The notes below the pieces were generated by a model. That model saw only the letters and a program-made list of their open reading frames with translations. It searched no databases and was not told the DNA's origin. From Polyangiaceae bacterium (GTDB taxonomy: Bacteria > Myxococcota_A > Polyangia > Polyangiales > Polyangiaceae): a stretch of DNA of 64,000 bases. Both the position numbers and the translations under genes were made by a program. Positions within the stretch are counted from its first letter, which is position 1. Each line of letters begins with the position of its first letter. Location of the stretch: positions 192,288-256,287 of the forward strand of contig JBNKBE010000004.1 of the NCBI GenBank assembly GCA_050287085.1, written 5' to 3'. Positions 27,773 through 37,000 of the stretch are shown piece after piece.

Positions 27773-29992
27773 ATGCTCAACGATCCATCCACCGCGCCGG
27801 AACGCCCCAAGCACGCACTCGAGTTGCGTGCGCTGCGCTCTCTTCAGAAGCATTGGTTGTTGGCGGCGGTGGTGACCGCTAGCGTTACAGCCGCGGCGGC
27901 CTTTTACGCGCTTGGCCGGCCCAAGATCTATCGCGCCTCGGCCACGCTGCTGATCGATCCAACGCCTCCAAAGCCGCTCGGACAGTCTGTTCAGAGCGTG
28001 GTCGATCTTGGGACGGGCTTGTACTGGAACAATCACGAGTATTACGAGACGCAATACCGCATCATTCGGAGCACCAATACGGCGCTGCGAACGGTCAGGG
28101 CTCTCAATCTGCACCATGATGCGGGGTTCGTGCTCAATCTGGGAGCGGAACAGACGCCGCCACAGGAGCAGGCGCTCGCCGATACCGAGCTTGCCGAGCG
28201 GGCCGCGGCTGCGGCCTTACTCACACGGCTGAAGGTCGAAGCCATCAAGGATAGTCGCCTCGTCTCGGTGAGTTTCGAGGACGCAGATCCGGCGCGCGCC
28301 CAAAGGGTAACCGCCGCTCTGATCGGCATCTATGTCGATCAGAACGTCGATCGGGTGCTGGAGTCGACCAAGATGGCGTCCGAGTGGCTCGGCGTGCAGC
28401 TGGAGCGATTGCGGGAGGAGCTCTCGGATAGCGAGCTGGCGCTGCATCAATACAAGCGCGACAAGAACATTCTGAGCGTCTCTGTGGACGATCAGAGCAA
28501 CATGTTGCGCGAGGAGCTCCGAATGCTGAATCAGCGCCATACGGAAGCTCGTATAGAACTTGAGGCGCTGCGAGCGCGACAGCACGAGCTGGCGGGGGTT
28601 GATGCAGAAAACCCGGTGGAGCTGCCAGCGCCTGAGCTGCTCGACAGCCAGCTCTTGTCCACATTCCGCTCGCAATACGTTGAAGCCCGTCAAGCGGTGG
28701 GTGCGTTGCGAGGGAGCGGCAAAGGGATCAATCACCCTGAGGTGAAAGCCGCTTCCGCTCAAGAAGAGACGTTGCGGTTGGCTCTGGTTGATGAAGTTCG
28801 CAACATCCAGACAGCGGTGGAACGCTCGCTCAAGAGCAAAGAACGAGAGGTTGCGGCCCTTGGTGGACTGCTGGAGCGGGCGAAAGACCGTGGACTTGAA
28901 CTCAATCGCTTGGAGTTGGAGTACCGGCGGCTGGAGCGGTCGAAAACCAATACAGAGAAGCTCTATTCGCTTGTGCTGGAGCGTTCGAAGGAGAGCAACC
29001 TGACGCAGATCATGCGCTTCAACAACATCAGCGTGGTCGACCCGCCAGCGGTACCCACGGCGAGCGTAAAGCCCCGTGTTCCGTTGTACGTTGCGGGAGG
29101 CTTCCTGGGGGGACTGGTCCTTGGGCTGTTTGGCGCGTGGTTGCGAGGCGTGCTCGACCGAACCTTGAAGACGCCGGAAGAGATCGAGGAGCAGCTCGGT
29201 CTGCCCGTGTTGGGGATGTTGCCGCGAGCTGGGCAAGGCCCGACCTACGGACGCCGCGCCCGCCGCGGGCGGACGGGAACGGATCAGGCGCCAGAGTTGG
29301 CCGCGTTTCGGGAGCCGCACGGCACGGTTGCGGAGGCCTCACGGGCGGTGCGGACCAACCTCATGTTCATTGCCCCAGACACCCCTCAGAAGCGGCTGCT
29401 GATCACCAGTGGCGGTCCATCGGAGGGAAAGACCACGGTTGCCTGTAGCATTGCCATCGCAATGGCGCAGGCTGAGCAACGAGTGCTCCTGCTCGATTGC
29501 GACCTGCGCAAACCCCGACTTCACCGGGTCTTCTCTCGTCACAACGACTGGGGAGTATCGAGCTTGATCCTCGATCCCGAGTCTCTTGATGAGGCGGAGC
29601 TCGCGACTGAAATCCCGCACTTGAGTTTGCTGCCGGCAGGACCCCAAGCGCCAAACCCCGCAGAGCTGCTGCAAAGCAAGAAGTTTCAGACGATCTTGGC
29701 GAAGCTCGAGGAGCGTTTTGACCGAATCGTGATCGACAGCCCACCGATTGCGGCGGTCACAGATGCAACGGTGCTTTCTACTCAATCAGACGGAGTTGTA
29801 TTCGTGGTTCGAGGCGCGGCGACGAATTCGGAGCTTGCACGGCGCGCAATACGAGCGCTGCGGGACGTCAAGGGCAAGCTTCTCGGTGTTGTGCTCAACG
29901 GCATGGACCTCTCGCCGCGCGGTCACGAGTCGCAGTATTACTATCGTTACAGCTATTACGGTCGCCAACAAGACGACGTACAAGCGTCCTGA
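27773..29992 (+). CDS. wzc: Polysaccharide co-polymerase / tyrosine autokinase (Wzc family)
   Basis: Two TMs flanking a coiled periplasmic region, Walker A PSEGKTT, DCDLRKP, IDSPP, C-terminal Tyr cluster YYYRYSYY. Confidence 0.9.
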   Translation: MLNDPSTAPERPKHALELRALRSLQKHWLLAAVVTASVTAAAAFYALGRPKIYRASATLLIDPTPPKPLGQSVQSVVDLGTGLYWNNHEYYETQYRIIRSTNTALRTVRALNLHHDAGFVLNLGAEQTPPQEQALADTELAERAAAAALLTRLKVEAIKDSRLVSVSFEDADPARAQRVTAALIGIYVDQNVDRVLESTKMASEWLGVQLERLREELSDSELALHQYKRDKNILSVSVDDQSNMLREELRMLNQRHTEARIELEALRARQHELAGVDAENPVELPAPELLDSQLLSTFRSQYVEARQAVGALRGSGKGINHPEVKAASAQEETLRLALVDEVRNIQTAVERSLKSKEREVAALGGLLERAKDRGLELNRLELEYRRLERSKTNTEKLYSLVLERSKESNLTQIMRFNNISVVDPPAVPTASVKPRVPLYVAGGFLGGLVLGLFGAWLRGVLDRTLKTPEEIEEQLGLPVLGMLPRAGQGPTYGRRARRGRTGTDQAPELAAFREPHGTVAEASRAVRTNLMFIAPDTPQKRLLITSGGPSEGKTTVACSIAIAMAQAEQRVLLLDCDLRKPRLHRVFSRHNDWGVSSLILDPESLDEAELATEIPHLSLLPAGPQAPNPAELLQSKKFQTILAKLEERFDRIVIDSPPIAAVTDATVLSTQSDGVVFVVRGAATNSELARRAIRALRDVKGKLLGVVLNGMDLSPRGHESQYYYRYSYYGRQQDDVQAS

Positions 29993-30027
29993 ACTGTGGC
30001 GTCGCTACGCTCTGCTCGTACTGCGGC

Positions 30028-30110
30028 CGCGGCGAACAGGCGGTCGAGGCGAACAGGCGTCGCGGCGAACAGGCGTCGCGGCGAACAGACGGTCGAGGCC
30101 AACAGGCGGT
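30028..30110. repeat. Five degenerate 16-17 bp tandem repeats (consensus CG(C/A)GGCGAACAGGCG(G)T)
   Basis: Units cgcggcgaacaggcggt / cgaggcgaacaggcgt / cgcggcgaacaggcgt / cgcggcgaacagacggt / cgaggccaacaggcggt, between convergent wzc and GT4. Confidence 0.85.
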
Positions 30111-30132
30111 CGCGATATTCACGGGGCGGGCG

Positions 30133-31278
30133 TTAACCACGCGCCCGGCGTTGCGAGCTCTGGCGTGCTGCAAACACAATAGCGTCCGTCATACCCGTGA
30201 CCATGCGCTCCACCGTTAGCGTTTGCGCGGTGGCCCGCGCGCCGCGCGACAGTCGTGCAAGTCCTGACGGCTCCTGCAGCAAGCGCTGTAGGGCGCTCAG
30301 CAGCTCGGGCCCGCGGCAGCGGCTCAGCGCCAGGCCGTTGTAGTCGTGGTGAAGGTAGGTAAACTCGCGGTGGCTTCCTTCAGGGCTGGCAACTACGGGC
30401 AGCCCGTACGTGAACGCGTGCACGATGTTGAGCCCCACGCCGCCCGGAAAACAGGCGAGCGCAGAACTGAGAAACCACGGCGCCAGTTGTTCCTCGTCGT
30501 AGAGGGCTCCGACAAAACGACAGCGCCCGGCGATGCCCAGTCGCTGGGCGTGCGCTTCGTACTTCGCTCGCAGGGGGCCGTCGCCGACCACTGCCAGGAC
30601 CACTTCGGGGCCCAGTTTGGGCAAGACGTCTAGCAGGTCTTCGAGCCGTCGCCCGGGTGTTAGACGGGACACGAATAAGAGAACGTGGCGACCCTGAAGG
30701 TCGTTGTGTTTTCTAAATGTGGATAGCGCCGTTTCTGACCATCCGCTGATGGCTGCCCGAATAGGCGCGTCGTCCAAGGTGTTGGCGGCCACAAACACCG
30801 ACTCGCGTGGCCACCCGAGAGCAACGAAACGCTCGGCCGCGTCGGCATCGTAGAAGAGGCTGGCGTCGTGCAGGTGCCGTCGCCAGCGGCGAAAAGCGAG
30901 CAGTCGCACCGCATCGCCTGCCAGGGTAATGCCGTGCCCCCATAGGACTACCCCCTTGCCCTGCGCGCGAGCCCAGAGCAGCGCGGGGACCGCGCTGAGC
31001 GCCCTCGGTGAGTCGTCGAGGACCAGCACTTCAGCCCTGGAGCTTGCGGCAGCGAACATCGACGGATGCCACGAGGCGAGCGCTTGACCGCCGATGGTCA
31101 GTGTTCGAACGGGCCGTTGTTCGGCGAGGAAGCCGACGGGCGGCGCGTTGGGAAGCCCGGGTACGCGCCCATAGAGCACGCGCACGGAGAGCTCGGCGCG
31201 GGCGGATAGGGCGCGAAAGATCGGGACCCGGTAGTGTGGCAGCGCCGGCTGCTGTACAACCACCGAGATGGGCTCCAT
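30133..31278 (-). CDS. Glycosyltransferase family 4
   Basis: PHYRVPIF, WGHG, LFVSRL, VGDGP, PGGVGLNIVHAFTYGLPVV; start at MEPISVV (31278). Confidence 0.88.
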   Translation of the reverse strand: MEPISVVVQQPALPHYRVPIFRALSARAELSVRVLYGRVPGLPNAPPVGFLAEQRPVRTLTIGGQALASWHPSMFAAASSRAEVLVLDDSPRALSAVPALLWARAQGKGVVLWGHGITLAGDAVRLLAFRRWRRHLHDASLFYDADAAERFVALGWPRESVFVAANTLDDAPIRAAISGWSETALSTFRKHNDLQGRHVLLFVSRLTPGRRLEDLLDVLPKLGPEVVLAVVGDGPLRAKYEAHAQRLGIAGRCRFVGALYDEEQLAPWFLSSALACFPGGVGLNIVHAFTYGLPVVASPEGSHREFTYLHHDYNGLALSRCRGPELLSALQRLLQEPSGLARLSRGARATAQTLTVERMVTGMTDAIVFAARQSSQRRARG

Positions 31279-31371
31279 GTCTTGCTTTTCGGTCGAAGCG
31301 GGCCGCTTGTCAATTTCAATGCTGACAGGTTGCACGGCGTCCAAGTTAGCGGCTTCCTGTCTTCTCTGATC

Positions 31372-32304
31372 GTGACTCCTGCGCTCCTCCGAAACCTGCT
31401 CCTGCGCGCCCAGCTCGGCCCCCTGGCTCTCGCCTTCGGAACGCCACCCGCGCTGCGCTGGGTGTTGTTCAAGGGCTTTGCGCTGTCGGCCCGTTTGGAG
31501 CGGCCGATGCATACGCGGCACGTCCTCGATCTGGACGTGTGGGTGGCTCCAAGGGACGTCCTGCTGGCGGCGGCTCGCCTTGAAGAACTCGGATTTGCCT
31601 GTGCCAAACCGGTTGCTGCAGCGCTTGCTGACACAGCCTGCTGGCAACTGCCCTTTGTGCGTTGGGTGGACGGCGTTCGCCTGGATGTGGACCTGCACTG
31701 GCGTTTGCTTTCGCCCTGGCTCTTCCAGCGTTCACCCCCCATGGGCCGGGTCAGCGAGCCGCTGCGCTTGGACCAAACGGATGTCCTAACGCTCAATACC
31801 ACTTGGACAGTGCTTCAGCTGGCGGCACATTGGGCGCAGCACGAAGGCACAGAGCCCAGAATTCTAGATGACCTGGTGGCGGCTGGGCGAGACTTAGTCC
31901 TCGATTGGATGTCCATCCGACAGGAGGCTCGGGCCTATGGTCTCGAGCGGGCGCTGCAACATGCGCTCTGGTGCGCTCACCAGAGGCACCCTGGCGCGGC
32001 GCTTCCGATCTTGCCACTGAGTTGGCCCGTTCGCGTATTCCTCTGTCGCTTTCCCCAAGGCGCGGACGCTGCGCGGCCGGGGGTTTCGCGCCATCTCGGG
32101 GCTCAACTATTGGGTGATCTGCAAGGGACACCGAGTCGCCTGTGGGAGTTTGCGTTCCCGGCGCGCTTGCGACAGGGCGAAGGGCTCAAGCGGCGCACTC
32201 GGGCCTGGCGCTACGCCACGCGCGCGTTTCGCGGGGTTACCGGGCTACTGCTGCGGCGGGAGCCACCGCCGGCAGACCGAGCTCATTCGATACCCCCGCG
32301 ATAG
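31372..32304 (+). CDS. Nucleotidyltransferase of the lasso-cluster-associated type (NTP_transf_5-like); start uncertain
   Basis: RNLLL helix, LFKGFAL, R..LDLDVWV (DxD), VDLHWRL, later H and DDL motifs. Confidence 0.75.
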   Translation: MTPALLRNLLLRAQLGPLALAFGTPPALRWVLFKGFALSARLERPMHTRHVLDLDVWVAPRDVLLAAARLEELGFACAKPVAAALADTACWQLPFVRWVDGVRLDVDLHWRLLSPWLFQRSPPMGRVSEPLRLDQTDVLTLNTTWTVLQLAAHWAQHEGTEPRILDDLVAAGRDLVLDWMSIRQEARAYGLERALQHALWCAHQRHPGAALPILPLSWPVRVFLCRFPQGADAARPGVSRHLGAQLLGDLQGTPSRLWEFAFPARLRQGEGLKRRTRAWRYATRAFRGVTGLLLRREPPPADRAHSIPPR

Positions 32305-32900
32305 CCCAAGGCTCGCGTCAAGGGGCCTTCGCGTACGAGCGTGACGATGTCCGACGCCAGCGCGTAGCGGTCGCCCGTGTCGCGGCATGTTGCCTCATCA
32401 CCTTCGAAGTGCAGTGGCGCCCCAAGGCGAGACACCCAGCCGCGTTGCTGTGCAGGGTTCCCTACGACTTCGGCGAATGCGGGCACGTCCCGGGTCACCA
32501 CCGCACCAGCGCCGACCAGCGCGTAGCGGCCGATGGTCACCCCTGGCAGTATGGTGGCTCGGGCCCCGAGCGTTGCGCCCTCCCCGACTCGGGTTGATGA
32601 GAAGCGATCTCGCTGATTGATGAACGCTCGCGGTCGTCGCACGTTGGTAAATGTTACCCCCGGCCCGCAGAAGACGCCGGCTTCTAGAGTGACACCGTCG
32701 CAGACGAAGACGTCATTTTGAAGGCGTGAGCCCGATCCTATCGAGGCTTTGCCTCCCACGTAACAGCGCTGTCCCAAGCTACAACGGTCGCCTACGTGGG
32801 CGCCCGATCCTACGTAGACATGGCGCCAGATGCGGGTTTCTGTGCCCACGTGAGCGCCTTCTTCTACGGTAGCCTCAGGGTGAAGCCAGCGGTGTCTCAT
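32283..32900 (-). CDS. Hexapeptide-repeat N-acetyltransferase (WbpD-like)
   Basis: HPEATVEEGAHVG..TRIW, FCGPGVTFTNV..PRA, GAGAVVTRDVP...VVGNPA. Confidence 0.9.
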   Translation of the reverse strand: MRHRWLHPEATVEEGAHVGTETRIWRHVYVGSGAHVGDRCSLGQRCYVGGKASIGSGSRLQNDVFVCDGVTLEAGVFCGPGVTFTNVRRPRAFINQRDRFSSTRVGEGATLGARATILPGVTIGRYALVGAGAVVTRDVPAFAEVVGNPAQQRGWVSRLGAPLHFEGDEATCRDTGDRYALASDIVTLVREGPLTRALGYRGGIE

Positions 32901-33919
32901 GACGGTGGTGCCTCAGCTCTCGGTATCTCTTCGTAGGGTCGCAGTTTTTGTAAAACCTCCACTACGTGCGCTGCAAGGGTATCACTAGCCGCGCCGCTAG
33001 ACCAGGGGCGGCCCGCAGCGGCAAGGAATGTGTGCAACACCTCCTCCAGAGGCGAGCGTGTGGACGGCTCCACAGCTAGCGAAACGGCCTCCAGTGGCGA
33101 CGATGGCTCACGCCCCCAAGTGCGCTGCAATACTTCAGGATCGTCGACAGAGGGCAAGAACGTCAAGCGCTCTGCGGCTTGTTCATCCAAGACCAGGGTT
33201 CCCCGATCGCCGATGACGGCGAAGCGCCGAGAAGGGGCGAGCGCCGTGGTGGACAAGACACCCACGTAGCTAACACCGCCCTGCGAGGCGTGTAGTTCAA
33301 CCTGCCCCGAACCCAGCTCGCGATGGGAAAGCGCGCGCAGCAGCTGTACATCAACGCTCCCTAGCAGGGCCAGATCGTGGGGGCCCAGAGTCCAAATCGG
33401 ACAGCGGGCGCCGGCCCACATTCCCTCCCGGGGTGCAGGCCCCGGGCGCCGCGCAACCGCGCGCCGACTGGCGACCCCCCTAAGAGATCCGACCCGTCCG
33501 GTTGCGAGTTGCCGCAGTAGCTCGCGAAACGCGGGTTGAAAGCACGGCGTATGATTCACGAGCATCGCTGTTCGCTTCTGCTCCGCCAGGGTGGTCAGAC
33601 TGAAGGCCGAGGTGGCAGAAACCGTCAGCGGCTTCTCAACAAGTACGGCGATTCCGGCGCGCAGCAGCTCGCGGGCAACCCGGGCGTGTGTACTCGGCGG
33701 CGTGGCCACCACGGCAGCTTCGATAGGGAGCGCATCGAGTGCGCTTTGCAGGTCCTCAAAGTGGGGCGCGCTCGGGGGGGAAGGTTCGGACCCAGCTGGA
33801 TCGCAAGTGAAGATGAGCTCAACCTCGTCACTCTGCTGCAGGGTTGTCAGCCAGGCCCGACCAAAACGACCTACGCCAACCAATCCCACGCGCAGCGGCT
33901 GGCCATGACGAAGCACCAT
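32897..33919 (-). CDS. Gfo/Idh/MocA oxidoreductase (WbpB-like)
   Basis: GLVGVGRFG, ATPPSTH, VEKP, LGPHDL; coupled to the acetyltransferase. Confidence 0.82.
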   Translation of the reverse strand: MVLRHGQPLRVGLVGVGRFGRAWLTTLQQSDEVELIFTCDPAGSEPSPPSAPHFEDLQSALDALPIEAAVVATPPSTHARVARELLRAGIAVLVEKPLTVSATSAFSLTTLAEQKRTAMLVNHTPCFQPAFRELLRQLATGRVGSLRGVASRRAVARRPGPAPREGMWAGARCPIWTLGPHDLALLGSVDVQLLRALSHRELGSGQVELHASQGGVSYVGVLSTTALAPSRRFAVIGDRGTLVLDEQAAERLTFLPSVDDPEVLQRTWGREPSSPLEAVSLAVEPSTRSPLEEVLHTFLAAAGRPWSSGAASDTLAAHVVEVLQKLRPYEEIPRAEAPPS

Positions 33920-34016
33920 GGTGCGTCTATAGCGCACTCGGAAGTGAAGCAGACAGCTCCCCTACCCGTGCTTGAGTGCCTGTCGGCCATTCGGGTAGCG
34001 AAGCCGCCTGAGCTCG

Positions 34017-37000
34017 CTACCACAAGATGGCGATCCGCCCGGGATAGTTGAGTGCGCTCTTGCCGTTCAAAATGGCGTCGTAGGCTCCGAATTCCGATAC
34101 GACCAACTCCGCGTACCCGTCGCCGTCGACGTCCGCGACTGGCGCGGTCAACGAGGCGGTTCCGGCCCAGGTCTGGGCTGCTAAGTCGAATCCGGCCTTC
34201 GTCGCGACGTTGAGTACAACGGCGCCGTGGTCCGGCAGGTTGACGTCTACGAAGACACGTCCGCTGTTGACCCACGACTTGAACTCCTGTCCGGAGAACA
34301 AGTACAACACGGGGCCGCGCTCGGGGTGGGTCGCATCGACACCCTGGTCCACCATGGCGAAGTCGGCATCTTTGGCTTGCGGACCCGAGAGCGGGCCGAC
34401 CAGCGCAAACGTGCGCAGCGTCGCGCTTTGCGCTCGCGCACTACCGAGTATGCTCACCCCGAAGTCGTAGTCGAGCGAGCCGCGATGGCGAACGCTGAGG
34501 CGCCCGGAGAATGGGTCTGAGGGGGGGCCGAAGAAGAAATCGGCGAAGCCGCCACTGGATCCAGAACACGGGTAGAAGTACTGCGCGCACGGGCTAGCGG
34601 AGACGATGACGCCACCCGCCAACATGGTCGTGACCCGACCGTAGTCGTTGCGCTCGACCTGAAGCGGAAATGACTGGAGGGCGTTCTGAAGCAGGCCGGT
34701 GCTCTGCTCGCTTGTCGTGGCGTCCGCGAATGAATAGGTCGCTAGCGTTTCGCTGTTGCCCGCGGCCACGAGGAGACCATTGCCGCCGGAGCCGAAGAGC
34801 GGCCCGAGGCCCACCATGCCAGTACCGAAGCGACTATCAAGCGTAGTGCCGGGGATAGAGATGAGGTGTGCGCCCGGTTCGGAGTTGGGATTCTCGGGTA
34901 GTTCGAGGTAACTCGGCAAGTCCGGAGCACCCAGGAGTACCCCAGCGTAGCCGCCCTCTTGGGGGGCGGTGCCGGCGCGATAGGCCCCGAAGGCAAAGTC
35001 ATCGACGCCGTCGCCGTTGAAATCACCCAGCGGCACAAGCGCGTTGCCGAGATTGGTGCAGGTTGGGCAGTCGCCGGCCCAGGTGCTGGTCCCTGGCGTC
35101 TGAATGACCACATCTGCGGACGTGGAAGCCAACTCACTGGGCCAAACCAGGGTGTTGTTGCCTGTTGGCCTCCGGCCAAACCATACGTAGATCACGCCTT
35201 GTCCGTGGGGACCGTCGTAGGGCGCGGTAACGGCAAAGTCGGTCATGCCGTCGCTATTGACATCGCCCACTGAGACCGCGCGCTCTCCGAATAACCCGGA
35301 CGCAGCCCCGATCAGTCGCACCGTTGGGCTGGTGTCGAAGAGCGGTGAGTCAGCCGCTCCCGCTTGTCGGGGAAGGCCCTGGTAGATGCGGACCTCGCCG
35401 CCCCAGCTGCCGACCATCAAGTCCGGTATCCCGTCACCGGCGAGCCACGTCCCGTCGGTGGTTTGCCGTCCACCGAGAATGTCAGCGCTTCCATCCACCC
35501 ACGATCCGAGTGCCACCTGCTCTTCGCCGACCAAGGTTGTTACCCGGAACTCGCTCTTGACCGGGGTGGTGGTCGCAGTCAGCGCGCCGATGTTGCCGCC
35601 GAGGTCGAGCGCTCTGACGGCGAAGTAGACATCGGTTTCCATCGGCAAGCTACCGACGCGGGTGGTGACTTCCGCGGCTTTTGGATCGCCGGTGAAAGCC
35701 ACACGTGTCGCCGTATCCAGGGTGACGCTGGTGATCGGGGCAGTGGCCCAATACACCTCATAGCCGGCCAGCGCACTCCCGCTTTCGCTTGGAGCGACGA
35801 AGGTGAGGTCTACGCTCGCTTCGCGGCGAACGGCGATCGCAGCTGCAAGTCCGGCGGGGGCGCCGGGTGCCCCGACGTCCACCGTCAGCGACAGCGCGGG
35901 CGCCGTGGGCACAAATACGTCCACGGGATCCATCGTGGCTCGCAGCGTGAGCGTGGTGGCTTCTGGGAGCGTTACGTCCAGCGTCGCTGTGCCACCCGCC
36001 GCATCACCGACGACGAGGGCGTCCCCGAGCGCAATGGGCCCTTGACCGAGATCGTAGCTGAAGTGGACTTGGTGAGTGCCACCGGAGGCGTCAAATTCGG
36101 TGACGGCCACGCTCAGCGTCCCCTGCCAGCCGTCAGCTGTCGCATCGGCATCCGAGGCCGCATCGAGCGTCGACGCGGAGGGGCTCGTCCACGCAACGAT
36201 CGGAGGCTCGCCAACGACCACCGTGCAGTCGGCGCCTTCGGCTGGTAGCTGGCTGGTATTGCCTGAGGGCTCCGAGACCCACGCGCGAAACGTGTTCACT
36301 CCTAAGGGAAAGACAACAGTCGCCATTTCGGTGACTCCCGCCAGGGTCGTTTCGGCATCGAGGGTGAGTTCCGCCTCGTCGTTGATTTGAGCCATGACCG
36401 GAAACGCACCCGCGTTGAGTCGCAACTCGGTCTGAAGGTCTGAGGTTTGGCGGAAAGTGCGCGCACACAGACCCCCGACAGGTCGCGAGACACTCAAATT
36501 GGGCCGGGTAGAGTCGACCCAGAAGGAATAGACTGGGCTTTGCGCTGTCTCGGCGCCCGTCGTCAATTCGACTTGCACGCTGGTCGGCTCTTGTAGGGCA
36601 CCCGCTGCAGTTGGGCTTTCTGGAAGTGTTACCTGTTCGAAACGAGCGGTCCAGCCTAGGCCGCCGCAGCCGTCCTTCTCGCTGGCTGGCAGCAGCGCCA
36701 CAGGATCGCCCTTTGGAGATAAGGTCGCGCCCGAGCCCACCAGGAGTTGAGCTGTCCCTTGGCTGCTATTGGAGCAGGCGATGACGTCGTGTTGCGCCCC
36801 TAAGCGGGTGCCGTCTTGATCCTCGAAGCCGAGGCCCATCCCGGCGGCAAGCAGCCGTCTGCTCGGATCCTCACCCGTGGGCGCCGAGGGCAGGTTTGCG
36901 ATTCTTACGAGCGGGACCAAAGAGGCGCAGGTGACGTCGCTGGCGCCCGCGCTGGCCCGGTTCATCGCGTCATCTCGCACTTCTAGCGTCAGCCCAAACG

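Noticed and set aside
30028..30110. CRISPR array (also considered for 49057-49104 and 62111-62227)
   Set aside because: Repeats are contiguous with no unique spacers, too short, and no cas genes are present
31279..31698. N-terminal extension of the GT4 (521-aa track ORF)
   Set aside because: Antisense to the nucleotidyltransferase; GT4-like sequence begins at 31278
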